From the NCBI GenBank assembly GCA_026023565.1, contig JAPETS010000001.1, positions 1,612,001-1,676,000 of the forward strand: DNA of 64,000 bases, written 5' to 3'. Both the position numbers and the translations under genes were made by a program. The notes under the pieces were generated by a model. It was not told the origin of the DNA. It did no database searches and saw only the letters and a program-made list of their open reading frames with translations. Position 1 is the stretch's first letter; every line of letters begins with the position of its first letter. The DNA is from Cirrosporium novae-zelandiae. Its lineage: Eukaryota. This document shows, one piece after another, positions 26,370-39,900 of the stretch.

Positions 26370-27337
26370 ATGGCCAACGTTATTGCTGGCTATGTCGGAA
26401 AGAAAATCCTCAAGGAATCAGCCCAAAACCGATTTGGTCAAGAAGATCCATATTTCGAAACCGTTCCAGCCACCAATCTCTTAGGTCGTCCAACCACCAA
26501 AAAGCGCAAGAAGGCCGTTCCTCTTGGTCTATCGAAAAATGATGAAAAAGTGCTTACAAAGGTGAAACGAAGAGCCTATATGTTGGATTGCAGTTTGTGC
26601 AATTGTTGTGGCATCAGGTTTGGATGGAGTAGTGTCATTGGACTTGTGCCCGCGTAAGTATTTTTTTGAGATTTCCTGTGATTGGATTGCCTTGGTAAAC
26701 AAATGCTAACTGTGATATTTGTAGCTTCGGTGACGTTATCGACGCTTTGATGGCTTTAATGGTCATCCAATCTGCTAGAAAAGTCGACGGCGGTCTCCCA
26801 GGATCTGTCCTCAGCACTATGTATTTCAACCTTGTGATCGACTTTGCCATTGGTTTAGTTCCATTCCTTGGAGATCTCGCTGATGCTCTTTTCCGTTGCA
26901 ACACCAAAAATGCCATCGTCTTGGAGAGATACTTAATCAGGAAAGCAGAGGGGCGGGTAGGCGGAGGTTCACCGGGCCATGATTTAGAGAGCGGAGAGCT
27001 TCACCACCAACATGGGAACGGCAGACATGATCATAGCCGTGATCACAGCCGTGATCCTAGCCGTAATCATAGCCGCAACCCGAGCCGCAATCCTAGTCGC
27101 AATCCTAGTCGCAATCGCGACCACAGCCGCAGCCGGACACCCTCCCCCCCTCAACCCCCTCGGCCAGCTAAAACAAGAGATAATTCTCATGGCTGGTTTG
27201 GTGGAAGAAACGATTCAAATATGGAATCCGACGTTGGCGTTGTCAGGAAGGAGAGCGTGCTTAAGAAGCAGAGACCCTCTACCCATTCCGCCCACCCCCC
27301 ACATTCTAGACAAGCCTCTCACCATTCCAAACGATAG
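26370..27337 (+). CDS. DUF4112 membrane protein with Ser/Arg repeat tail
   Basis: EDPYFE, KVKRRAYMLD, GIRFGWSSVIGLVPAFGD, IGLVPFLGDLADALFRCNTKNA; intron about 26654-26724. Confidence 0.88.
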
Positions 27338-27970
27338 ACATCCATTTTTTTGGCGTTGCAGAATCTATCAGGATAACGAAAAAAAGAAAAAAACAACAAC
27401 ACATGAAGGATTCCTCTGCCCCCCCGGTTTTAGAAAAACCGAACCCCATTATTGATACTTGCACATAAAGCTATACATACCCTTCTATAACGAAAGACGA
27501 CGATTTATGATCTGCAGGCCAGATGAGCGTTTGGCTGTACTCTGGCTTGTGTATGATATCCATTTGGGGGCGTTGGCTTATCGGTATTCATTTTTTTTTG
27601 AAGATAAACCCTTACCACTCAAAGAGTTAGAGACACATTTTTGTACTTCTAGTCGAAACCTTCCTTACTGAAGAATTAATTCCAAATATCTTTATTTCTA
27701 TTATAACTATACCATTGCCAAAATGCCAAAAATACCCAGATTGGGTTCGATTCCTAAGAGTGCTAGTGATTGGTCATACTGCTATCAGTAGTGTTCCTCT
27801 ACCATGTCTTGTGAATATATGCATATATTTGGTAATATTTTTTAAAAGAAATCCTGACTCAACACCCTCCTCCCCCTTGGTCTTGGTCTTTTGAGAATGT
27901 GAATGCGGATGCGAATTTGATATTTATACACTAGCTACTAGCTTTAATCTGCTTCAATCATGATATCTGT

Positions 27971-28017
27971 TATGTATGTATGTATGTATGTATGTATGTA
28001 TGTATGTATGTATGTAT
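27971..28017. repeat. (TATG)n microsatellite, about 12 units
   Basis: Perfect tandem repeat. Confidence 0.95.
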
Positions 28018-28391
28018 AGTAAGGGTGGTGGTGTGTGGTGTGTTTTGATTCAAATTTCTTAGTTGAGAGGTGATATTGCCCCCCCTCACTATTGATAAGG
28101 GTTTTTTTTTTCATCTTTAGTAGTAATGGATTTTGGGGAATTTCATTTCTTGATTTTTCTTTCTGTTTTGGTTCGAAGAAGGGTCCTCCCGAAACGCTAA
28201 AGGCATATCTCATAAGCATAAGCTAGCCATGCCATATTATGGTAGAGCTTCCTCAGACGCCGAAACACCATTCCCGGGTTGTCCTTTCCAGGTCTCCTCC
28301 GTTCATCAGATTTAGCCAATCGACTCAGTGTTTGAAATAGTCAAATTCCATGTGTTTTTTCTCTACACTGGCTCGATTCGATTCGAGCTTC

Positions 28392-29803
28392 TCAGGCCAT
28401 GCCCCTAGGCTTACCCTTCAAGTCCTTCTTCGCTTTGGAATCCATCTTCTTCTTCTTCTTTGCTTCCTGAGCTTTTACTTCCGCCTTCCTTTTCAAACTA
28501 GCCTTCTCCTCCTCCGTCTTCGCCACCGGTTTAAAAAACCCCTCTAGCCGACTCTGCTGCGCCGTCTTTAGATTCTTTGTCAGCTTCGCCGCTCCGCTCC
28601 TCACCCGGTCCTCATTGAATCCCTTCTCCTGGACCAGGTATTTGACGAGCCCGTCGACGTCTGGAGCCTCCCATTTGAAGTCGCAGGCCGGGTCCGAGGC
28701 GTCGCGGACGTCTGGGTTGAGGAAGAGTTCGCGGGCTTGCTCGTAGGGCCAGTCTTCTGGGATGGAGTATTTTTTCTTAGGATCGTTTTGGATGTACTCG
28801 ACGATTTTTTCGAGGCTGCCGTGCTCTTTGATTAGTTTGTAGGCCGTGTTGGGTCCAACTTTGGGGATCGGGTCGAGGTAGTCGCAGCCGAGGAGGATGC
28901 AGAGGTCGATGAACTGGAGGTTTGGAGTATTAGAGATGAAGCTTAGGTGGAGGAGGGGGGTAGGGTACCTGTTTTTGGTCCATGTCGAAGCCTTCTAGTA
29001 CTTTGTCAAGAAAGATTTCTAGGATGGGCTCTTTTCTTTGCTCGCTGAATGTCATGTGTCGTAGGAGAACCGGCGAACTGAAGCAAAGAGTGTCCATATC
29101 CTCTGATGCTGCGGCGTAAACCTTGCCTGCTTTTGCTAACCTGGCACATTGAGCTTCGGCTTCCGTTGGCGCCTCGATATATGGTACGCCCATTAATTTC
29201 AGCAATTTCTTGCATTCCGTGTTATGTTCCCTCGTAACTCTCACAGTCCTCCGCTCGAATCTTTCCACATCCTCTGCGGTGCCAGTCTCTTTCGCCTCTT
29301 CCTTTGCCGCGGTAGCTTCCGCCTTTCTCTGAAAACGTTTTGCCAACTCTCCAGACTTGAGCTTTGGTGGGGCGCCATCGAAGACATATAAGGGCTTAAT
29401 TCCATTGTCAATGATGCGCATTGTTCGATAGAAGATGCCCATGAGATGGGAGGTTGTCTCGCCCGACTCGTTTGTGAGTTGTTGACCGTCAGATCGTACC
29501 GCGATCAGGAAGCTGTAGATGGCCATGGAGCTGTGATGCACGATTAGTGGATGGGAGAGCTAAAAAGACCAGAGGGCTAGCATACGCATCCTGTAAATAT
29601 TAGTTTAGGCCCATTGGAAGCTTGGAATAGGAGCTGAAGGCTTACAATAGCAATCTTTCTGCCGAAGTGACCTTTGATATCTCCATTCTTAACAGCTTCG
29701 GGAGCATGCTCATTGATGACTTGGAAGAGCTCTATTGAGATAAAAGTAAGTGATGAGGACGTATTAAACATTAGTTGAAGAATTACTTACGTTTAATACC
29801 CAT
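28392..29803 (-). CDS. FEN1: Flap endonuclease 1
   Basis: [50 protein letters not shown]-box QQSRLEGFF; four introns including a 5-nt microexon at 29586-29590. Confidence 0.97.
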
Positions 29804-30312
29804 TTTTGCTGTTGATGAGTGGTCTGTTGGGACGTCGAATGGATGGGATCCTGAGGAATTGGAAGAGATGTTGGTCGCGAAACTGAAGTCGGAGACGCGT
29901 TGCAATTAATGGAACGCGCCTGATAAGGTTTAGGCCGAGATGCGATGTAGTCACGTACTATTTTGGTATGTAATTTATGTAATTTATATTGAATACGACA
30001 GAAAGTTTGAATAATGAAAATTGCGTTATTTATTCTACTGTTTCGCAATCCATGGTATAGATTGTTAGATAATGGATAGGTGATAGGTAGGTGAATATTT
30101 GAGGTACCCTGACGTTTGGTATCACTTTGGCATTACTTGGGGGGTCCCTTGAGCCAGAGGTATCAATGACGCAGAGGCCAAACTTTGTTACTGTGTCACT
30201 TTGTACTGAACAAGTCATGGCTTTGGGCCTTGGCAGTATACCATACCATAAAACTCAAGTAAGAATTACAGTCGAATTCCAGGTTACTTTCAGTGAATAA
30301 AAATGAAAGCAA

Positions 30313-30413
30313 CTAGAAATATGATCCTGGGAAGGCCTTTGAAGAAAATTCAATTTTTATATTTATAATTAATTTGTCTTCAAAGGCCTCCTCCCTAAGG
30401 CCGCTTTTCTAAT
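30313..30413. mobile_element. MITE-like foldback element, copy 1 (FEN1/DCP2 divergent promoter)
   Basis: Arms GGAAGGCCTTTGAAGAAAATTCAATT and AATTAATTTGTCTTCAAAGGCCTCC; related sequence at 46009 and 60445. Confidence 0.55.
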
Positions 30414-30665
30414 TAGATTTGTTTTTTTGAATGGTTTGGGTGTTTGGGCACCAGAAAGTCATGGTGGCGCCGAAGTAGCCCAGCAGCCCAGCCACCATCC
30501 AAATCACAATATTGAATCTCATATCATAACCCCAACACAACACCAACTTCACTTCTTATCACCCCCATATTTTTTTGCGCAACATCTATACTTATCGCGC
30601 CCATTTAACTCCACACTTTCCTTCAATAAAACTACCACACGGGACCATGCTAAAGCACGGAAACG

Positions 30666-33600
30666 ATGGCAGAGATATCAAAGATGAAACTTGAAGATTG
30701 GCTTGACGACATCTGTGTGAGGTTTATAATCAACCTTCCACAAGAAGAACTAGATTCCGTGGAGCGCATCTGCTTCCAGATTGAAGAAGCGCAATGGTTT
30801 TACGAAGACTTTGTCCGTCCCTTGGACCCAGCTCTTCCATCACTCTCTCTTCGCAATTTCTGTCTCCGAATCTTCCAGCATTGTCCCCTCCTCTCCCGAT
30901 TTACTCCATACCAGCATTCCCAGGCCTTTGATACCTTCTTGTTGTACAAGACTCGTGTTCCTGTCCGTGGGGCAATCCTTCTCAATGATAATATGGATAA
31001 GGTTGTCTTGGTGAAAGGCTGGAAGAAGAATGCTTGCTGGAGTTTTCCGCGCGGAAAGATCAATGACCAAGAGGCAGATATTGATTGCGCCATAAGAGAA
31101 GTTTACGAAGAAACTGGATATGATATCAAAGAAGCTAGGTTAATTGTTGACGAAGATAATATCAAGTCTATTGAGTTTTCTATGAGAGAACAGCATATGC
31201 GGCTCTACGTCTTTAGAGGCGTTCCACTTGATGCCCATTTTGAAGCAAAAACTAGAAAGGAAATTAGTGTAGGTTCTCTACCCTTCTGGCCGACTTGCTT
31301 GCGCTGACTTGTTAGAAAATCCAATGGTATAATCTATCCGACCTGCCCACCCTCAAGCGGAACAAACAAAGACAGGAAGGAAATGGAGAAGATTTAGCCA
31401 CCAACGCAACCAAGTTCTACATGGTAGCACCGTTTCTTGGTCCTCTAAAGAAATGGATCTCCCAACAAAGTAAACTAGACGTGGTCAAGGGAGACTATGA
31501 CGCACATTTAGCTCCTACAGCAGTGACAGATACCCACGCCCAAACCACAGCTCCAACAATAGCTCCTGTTCAGCTTGATGCTGAGCTTCCTGATCACAAT
31601 TATAGTACTCTTCCAGCTGATGCTACGGAGGTGCCTGATACCCGGTCCACAAAACTCAAAGAGCTGTTAAATGTCAAGCAGTATCCTGCTGAGATGCAGG
31701 AGTCACACCTACCGGCACCGGCCCCCCAGAGCGCTGCTGCCAAGTCAAGTGCTCTTCTATCTCTACTGCGAAATGGCACTAGTGTTCAAAATCCAGAGAA
31801 CGGTCTCAAGGGTCCACTCCCCAGAACGCCTCTTGATCAGATCCAAGCCCAGCCAATGCCTCCTCGATCGCCACCACATAAACATCCTCAACCTCAGCCC
31901 CAGCCATTCTCTACTCTTGCTCCACCTCCTACTTTCAATGCAAATCCTGCCCAGAACTTTCCTCGTCTATCTCAGGAGCAAAACGGATATCCATCACCAT
32001 TTCAACATCATTTCTCGCAGCCAGCGGTTTCTTCAGCAGCTTATTCAGGGCCTCCAGCAAATGTCCCACAACCATCTTTTCAGTCCCCCTTCCAGGATGA
32101 TTCTTTCAGGCAGGGCTCGGTACTAGGATCTCAGCTTGAACGTCATAACAATCCAGCCCCCTATCATCAAACTGGTGATCCCGAATTTGCCCAACAGTTC
32201 CCTACAGCCCAGGCTCCTACGGTTCCGCGTGCAAGCCAGCTTCCAGCGATTAAACTTTCTAAGCATGCCCAGAGTCTATTGGATGCATTCAGGACTGGCG
32301 CCGTGAATCCACCTCCTACGAACGAGAACGTCATACCACCTGTGCCACAAAACAATGCAAATGCAAATGTTAATACGATGAGGTCGAATCAATTCATTTC
32401 TCAATATGGGCCCGCTGTTGCTATGGGACTAAATCGTCCCAATGTCAATATGTATCCGCAACAACCAGTTCAAGTCTCATCTTATCCACCAGCCTCCTCG
32501 ACTGCGGCCTGGACAAATCAAAACCGGCAAACTGCAGGATATCAACACCAGCCAGCTATGCCACCCAACTCCCATGCGGAATCCCTCTTCAAACCTACCT
32601 CAAATTCTCCAACCGGTTCTTTTCCTACTCAGGGGGCCTTTGATAGCTGGTTGGGTGAGACTGAGACGGGAGAATGGCAAAGAAATCCCAGTCTAGGGCG
32701 GCATGCCCCTGGTCCTTCAGAGCTTGATGGTGCCACTAAGCGCACAGGGACTGGCCATGATCCCTCTTATAATTTACCAGCACGGCCTCCAGCAACTGTA
32801 GCTCCTCAATCAAAACACCAGGCTGATTTGCTCAATCTTTTCCGGGGACCATCTATATCTCCCCAGGAACCCCATGCTCCTACTCTTAATCTTGGTCAAA
32901 TGCCACAGTCGAACCCGGTAGAGCTCTCAGCAAGAACCCCCGAACAGTCTTTCAAGCCCCCTCAACCATCGCATGCCGACACGAACCGGATGGCGGCTGC
33001 ACTCTCGTCTCCTAAACGCCAAAAGCAGGCACCACACCAACGACGGGCCGAGAAAGCCCCCGCCCGAGAAAATATTCCGACAGAACAACCACGAGCCATC
33101 CTCACACGTCCTCAGTCATATGCAGCAGCAGCTGGAGCAGGGTCCAATTCCCAGAATCGTCCTCGACCTCCTAACCCTCGAGAAAATACTGGAGATTCGG
33201 AACAACCACCAGAGATGAAAGCTTCTCTTAATGCACCCTTTGATGCAACCCCAAATCTTGCCATTCGCCCAGCTCGTCTTGTCAATACTTCTCAGAAACG
33301 GTCTGGTCCTGGCCAGCCTGTCGCAAACCAACAGAAATCTCGGAACACTGCCATATCCATACTTCCTCGTCCAGCTACAGTTGTCGCATTATCAAAAGAT
33401 GTAAATGTTGGCCATGGGAGACATACCATCTCAGGATCAGGTAGACAAAGACGAGGTCAAGCACATAGTCCGGCTCCAGCCCCATCCCCGTCACCAAAGG
33501 TGGAGTCAAAGCCCTTTCAACCACAAATTCTTCGTCGTCCAAATGCAAATGGGAATGGGAATGCAAATCCTTCTACAGCACAACAGACAGCAACTTCCCC

Positions 33601-34495
33601 AAAACAAGCCAAACCGCCAAACCCGTCCCCCGTCCCTCCGTCCACTGTACCAATCTCGATCGCTCGAAGAGAGTCCCAACCCCAGCCTCAACCACCCTCA
33701 TTTGATCGCCGTGACAGTGTTCCAGCCGAACAAAAGCAAACCCTACTCAGTTTGCTCAACAGGAATAATGCAAGTACTCCGAAAGCGAGTCCGATACCTC
33801 CGGTCGCAAACACGGCGCCTGTAATAGAAGCTGTTTCGGCCCCGGCTACTATCCCTGCATCTGCTCCGACCATGGCCCCCCAGGGTCCAGATATGGTGTC
33901 TCCGCTCTCAGCATCTTGGATCAACGTGATGAAACCTGAATCGAGACCAGAGTCCGTTTCAAGGTCATCAAGTCAAAATCAAAGTCACATACAAATGAGA
34001 AGTCAAGAAAGTGTTTCCAACATGGGACAATCACAGTGGTCTATGCTAGGGAATTCGCGACAATCTCCGTCTTCGACCCCGGTCCCTGCCGCGACGAATG
34101 CCAATGTGCAAAATTTCGCCCAAAATCAGGCTCATAGACGGAATATTTCCAATGAACAGTGGTCTACATTAGGCTTGCACCGACAATCTCCTTCCCCAGC
34201 ACCGGCATTGAAAGAGTCTTACCATCATCTACCACATCGACGGAGTATTCCGAATGCCTTGTCAGCACATGGTATAGCACCAACCCGACAACCCACAAAC
34301 CCGCCTCCCGCTCTTACAGCATCTCAACTAAACCAGATGCCTTCTGTCACAACAGCCGGTTTCTTCGGGGGTTTTAGAAGAGGAAGCACTCAAGTTCAAG
34401 CAAACACGGCCCCAACTCCAGCACCAGCATCAACGACGGGAACAACGACAGCGACGGATAAAAGTTATTTGCTAAAGTACTTGGAGAATATCTAA
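30666..34495 (+). CDS. DCP2: mRNA decapping enzyme Dcp2 with long disordered tail
   Basis: Box A (LDDICVRFIINLP..EEAQWFYEDF), YKTRVPVRGAI, Nudix GKINDQEADIDCAIREVYEETG; intron 31269-31315. Confidence 0.96.
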
Positions 34496-36921
34496 TTTCA
34501 CGGATGGGATGCATCATCTAAATCTGTGCAAGGAATGAAATGGGTTAGGGTTAGGGGGTTAGAAAATTTCAAATAGCCTAGAGGAAGGATGAATGGATGG
34601 ATGGATTGTATTGCAAAGGAAAGGAAAGAAAACACCAACTTTCTTTCTTTCTTTTTCTTCTTCTTCTTCTTCTTCTTCCCGTCCTATGTATGTACTTTTA
34701 AAACATAACTTTATTTTTACTTACTTTCTTAAAAATGGGGGGTAGTGAAAAAAAGTTGAAAAGCTAGGGCATGCATGTGGTCTAGATATGACAATGATCA
34801 ATGACCAATGACCCATTGAATGAAATGACAACGGCGGGGGCATGGGGATGGGCTCAGCGTGAGCGTTGCGAAGTAAGGCTTCTTTTTTTAAACGGGCGAT
34901 TTTATTTTATTCTAACATTCTAACATTCCATTCTTACTTATCGTTTTCGTTTTCAATTCGATCTGTTTAGTTGGTTGGTTAGTTAGGGGCTCTTACATTA
35001 CATTATCCAGAGGGTTCGGGGGGGGGGGGTAGGGGAAAATGGGCAAGAAATAAATATAAAAATATTAAACAATGAAATGAAGGGTTTCTTTTTTTCCTTT
35101 GAGTTTCAAGTTATGGATGGATAGATATGGATGGATATATGTTGTAGTTTTTTGAGTCTTGATTCTAAGCATCAAGATTATCTATCTACCTTGGTACTGT
35201 TTATTTTATATTCTTATTTCCCGTACTATACCATACCATCATCACATCTAGCACATGCATCCATGCATACATAGGAACAAGCTTTCCCTTTTCTCTTTCC
35301 TTCCCTCCCTCTCTCTCCTTTTCCTATCTATCTATATATATATACCTTAATACCTTAATCTCCCCCCCGCCTCCCCGTTACAAAGCCCTTTCTATTACCT
35401 CCCTATTACCTCCCTCTTCTTTTCAATAAGGTATTAATTAATTATTCTATTATTTTATTATTATACTTTCGAAAGTACTATTTACTATATCGTAGAGAGA
35501 AAGAGAGAGGGAGAGAAAAAGAAAGAAAGAAAGAAAGAGATTGATTACTTTCCCCACCACAAAAAAAAAAAAAAAAAGGAAAAGGAAAAGAATTATATAT
35601 TCTATATTTCTATAGATTCTATAACCATCCCTTTTGCTAATACTCTTTTATACCTATCTATCCATTTACCTAGGTAGCCAAAACCAAACCAAAACCAAAG
35701 CTAAAGCCAAAAAGGGGACGTAAGATATATATATAATAACATGTAGAGAGTTAGGGGTTAATGATTAAGGGGTATGTTGTGATGGATATTGGATACTGGA
35801 TAGTTACCTAAGATAAATAGATAGATAGTTAATGAATTATTTTCTTCTTTTCCCATCTATTTATCTATCCATCCAAGTTATGTAAAACGAAAGGGGGCAC
35901 AAAAATCCCCCCTCTGGCTTTTTTTTTCTGAATGGCTGTTTTTGAGTGGTGGGGGTGAGTGGTTGGCTTGACATCTCTCTTTCTTTCTTTCTTTCTTCCC
36001 CCCCTTCCCTCTCATCGTCCTATCTATGTATGTCTATGGTCTGTGAAGGGAAATGGGTACGACATACCTAGGCTAGGTAATTAATAAATCCGGAAATCCA
36101 GAAATAGGTAGGTACTGACTGTACCCTTGGAGGAGGAGGGTACAGGAACAAGGAACAAACCTGTGTAACCTGTCCCGTCGACCGCCTAATTACCTATTTC
36201 TCATTTCCCATTTCCATTCCCCCCCATCTAGAGTATCTACCCATTTATTTGTCTATCCTTCGACCCCCCCCACATTTCCTCATTTCCTCATCTAGGAACA
36301 AGACACAGGAAGAATAAAGATGAATAATTCCAACAAGGCAATAAGGTAATAAAGTAGTAAGGTTTGATTTTCTGTGTAACCTGTGTAACCTTGTCCGGAA
36401 ATCAAGGTCATTTATCTTTCGCCTCCATAGAAGAAGTTCTACTCCAGTGGACTTGGGAGATTTTTTTTTTTTTAGATATTAAGTTAGATTTTTTTTGGAT
36501 GGGAGTCATTTGGTCCTGGATCCGGTTTGTGTTGCATGAGAGGGCGTTGGGATACTATTGGATTTGGATTTAAACAATGCTACCGTGTAATTTATCTTGT
36601 GTGGCTTGCCTGTATGTATATATATATGTTTTTGTGTAACCCCCTCCCCCACGAATACGAGAAATATTTGCGCCAAAGGGGGATTTATTGTAAAAGAAAA
36701 CCCCCCGGCTGGCCTGGCCTGGTCTGGCCCTTGGGGAGGGGGGCTTGTTTTTCAGCTGGTGCCTTCTCTCTTCCCTTTTCTCCTAATTAATTATTCTTCC
36801 TCCTACTATCCTAGGGCTCTTTTTTTCTTTTCCTTATTTCTCTTTGGTAGTAACTGAACTGAACTGAATCCCCGCGTTCTCAGTCCTATCGTGCTTTTTT
36901 TTTCCTTTTTCTCATTTCAAG

Positions 36922-39900
36922 ATGAAAAGCTTCTTAAAAGCTGCTTATAAGGCGGTTAATGAAGGTGGTAATAACAATAACAATAACAATAGAAATTACC
37001 AGCAACAGCAACAGCAACAGCAGCTATGGATCACTCCGCAGAATCACGCACCGTCGTTATATGCCCCAGGGGCACACCAACAGAACTTTCCCCCTACTTT
37101 GGAACAAGGCGTCATCACGACGCATTCGGGACAGTGGCCTCAACAAGCCCAGAGAACCCAGACGGATATTCCTCACGGTGGTTATGGGAATCAGTTTGAA
37201 CGGAACGATCAGTATCAGCCGCCTGGTTTGTCTCCGGGCCAGCAGCAGCAGCTTATGCCATCTGGGGCTCCCTCGGTGCCGTACCAGCAGTTTCCGTATC
37301 CTCCGACGTCGAGACCGGCGTCTCCGTATTTCCCGCCTCCGCCTACGATGACTACTCGTGCGAGATCCCCGGCACCGCCGCCGCTTCCACCCCCACAGCT
37401 CCCACAGCGCCGGGTGCAGTCCTTTGGTGCTGCTGGTGGGTATAATCCTGCTGTTCTATCACGTCCGGGTCTGGAAACCCAGGTCCATTCTGATAGTTCC
37501 GTGCCGTCCCTGACGCATCCGCTGGATCGTTCTGTTCTCGTAGATCCTTCATCGCTTCAGCCGTCTACCTCGCTTCCGTTGATCCAGTTGCCGACACAGA
37601 CTTTGGTCTCCACCACGCAGACACCCACACCCCCACCACCCCCGTATTCGCTTACACAAAGCCCTCCACCGAATCCTCCCATCCCATCACTCCAGGCGCA
37701 GCCATCACCATCACCATCACCACAGCCCGCGTATAGCGCAACAACGGGTAAAAATTCCAGCCATGCCGAGCACTACGAACCACAGAGGATAATCAAATCG
37801 CAGAGCGGCGGTGGCGGCCCTCGGGTCATAAAAGTGCTGTCGCTCGACGGCGGTGGCGTGCGCGGGCTTTCTGAAATCTTCATCTTGAAATATATCATGC
37901 GACTCCTCGGGAGGGCAAGAGGATTCGAACTCCAGCCATGGCAGGAATTCGATATTATTGGTGGTACGAGTACGGGGGGGCTCCTGGCCATTATGTTGGG
38001 CCGGCTCCGTATGACTCTGAAGGAGTGCGAGGATGCGTATCTGACCATGTCGCGGGATATTTTCGAGCCGGTGCGTAATAAGAGCAATTTTGTGGCTCGT
38101 GCGAACGACTTCCTGCAGGCAAATGGTAGGTTTAAGTCTGGTAGTCTTGAGAATAGCATCAAGCGCATCCTCAGGGGGCGAGGTTTGTCTGAAGATGAGT
38201 TGTTGCAGGATGAGAGGGAAGACTCCTGTAAGATATTTGTATGCGCTGTTCGGGAGGATGGTTCGCGAGCCGTCATTCGGTCTTATGAGACAGAAGCGCA
38301 TGATAGTCTGTATGAGACATGCAAGATCTGGGAAGGAGCCCGGGCGACGTCTGCGGCATCTACCTTCTTCGATCCGATTACCGTCGGGCCGTATGGGCAG
38401 AAGTTTGTGGATGGCGCTCTGCGCCATAATAACCCTATCGATCTTGTTGACCTGGAGTCCAAGGCTCTGTGGGAGGAGGAAGACCGGATTATCGTTAGCA
38501 TTGGCACCGGGATTGCTCCTGCTGGAGACGTTACAGGCAACCTGAAAGAGCTGGGAGAGGCATTGATCAAACTGGTAACGGATACGGAGGAGCGGAATAA
38601 CGTTTTCCGGCAGAGAAATCGAGCCATGGTTGAGCAGGGCCTGCTGTACCGTTTCAACGTCAACCAGGGCCTGGGATCCGTCGGGCTGGAAGAGCACAAG
38701 GCGGTCAATCTCATCAGGACTTTCACCGACGGATACCTCCAGGATCCTGATGTTCAATCATCCGTCAAGAGGTGCGCTAAAATTATGAAAGATGGCGGAC
38801 AGAGGCTTAACTACGTCGGCCCTGAAGATCTTGCGGCCCATCTGGAGCGGATGAGATTGAACCAAGTTATGTGTGTCTCCTGCGGCCACTGCTTGAGAGG
38901 CGTGCCGTTCGGCAGCGTCTATTTCTATTGTGTCGAGTGCAGAGTAGACATCTGCTCCACATGCCATTCGGACCACAACTACGAGCACACGAACAAGCTC
39001 TTGCGTTTCGAAGGCACCCAGTGGAGTGCTCACATGAAGGATGCAGTTTCATCAAGAGAATGCAACCACTGCTCACGGGACGCCCAATCGCGAATCGAAT
39101 GTAGGAGGGGAGACTGCGGCGCCTCCCTCTGCACAGAGTGCTGGGAAATAGATGACAGAAGGATCGAGTTTTTGAAATCCCATCAAGAAGAAAACAACAA
39201 ACACAGAAGCTTTTTGACAGTGTTCCCTCCATTCTTTTTCGTCGTAGACAGAATCAACCCATCATGTCGTTGCTCTACGACCCCAGAATGCATCGGCCAC
39301 TGCTCCCGCTGCGCGTCGCCCTGCGTCTTATACGACACCCTCTACTACTGCCGCACCTGCCGGCTGGACTCTCCCTCCTCCTCCGTCCAACTCCTCTGCA
39401 CCAGGTGCTTCCAAACCAACGAACCCCCGGCCCACAAAACCGCCCACAGCTTTCAAAGCCTCCATTTCCTCTTCGAAAACCCCCCACACGACGAAACTGA
39501 ATACCAAGATCTTGTAGATTTCGAAAAAAGAGCCTTCAGGTGCCCAGAATGCCCTGGCGAATTCATGAGCTACGCGCAAACCGTACTCCACCCGCACTCG
39601 GAATTACAGTTTTTTAGGACCCCAGCATTTTTAGAGATTAGCCATATTAATGCGGTGAAGGAATGCCCCGTCTTTGCTTGCCGCGTGCAGCCGTCCGTGA
39701 CGCGGGACGTTGCTACGCTTGTGAAATGCATGTTTTGTAAGAGCTATCTAGCCTATGAGGAGGAGCTAGCTTTGTGCACAACGGCTGGGTGCTGGTGCGC
39801 ATTTTGTTTGAGGTGTGTGTCCGGCAACCGCGTTCGCCATCGCCATCGCCATGCGCTTGTTCAAGTCCGGTTCAAGAAGGCTGTGGCTAGTAACCACAGC

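Noticed and set aside
34542..34562. GGGTTAGGGTTAGGGGGTTAG telomere-like tract
   Set aside because: Only 2-3 imperfect units in a microsatellite-rich 3' region; no evidence for a telomere or telomerase RNA
37717..38757. 346-aa antisense ORF
   Set aside because: Lies opposite the patatin domain of a GC-rich gene; no motifs; typical shadow ORF
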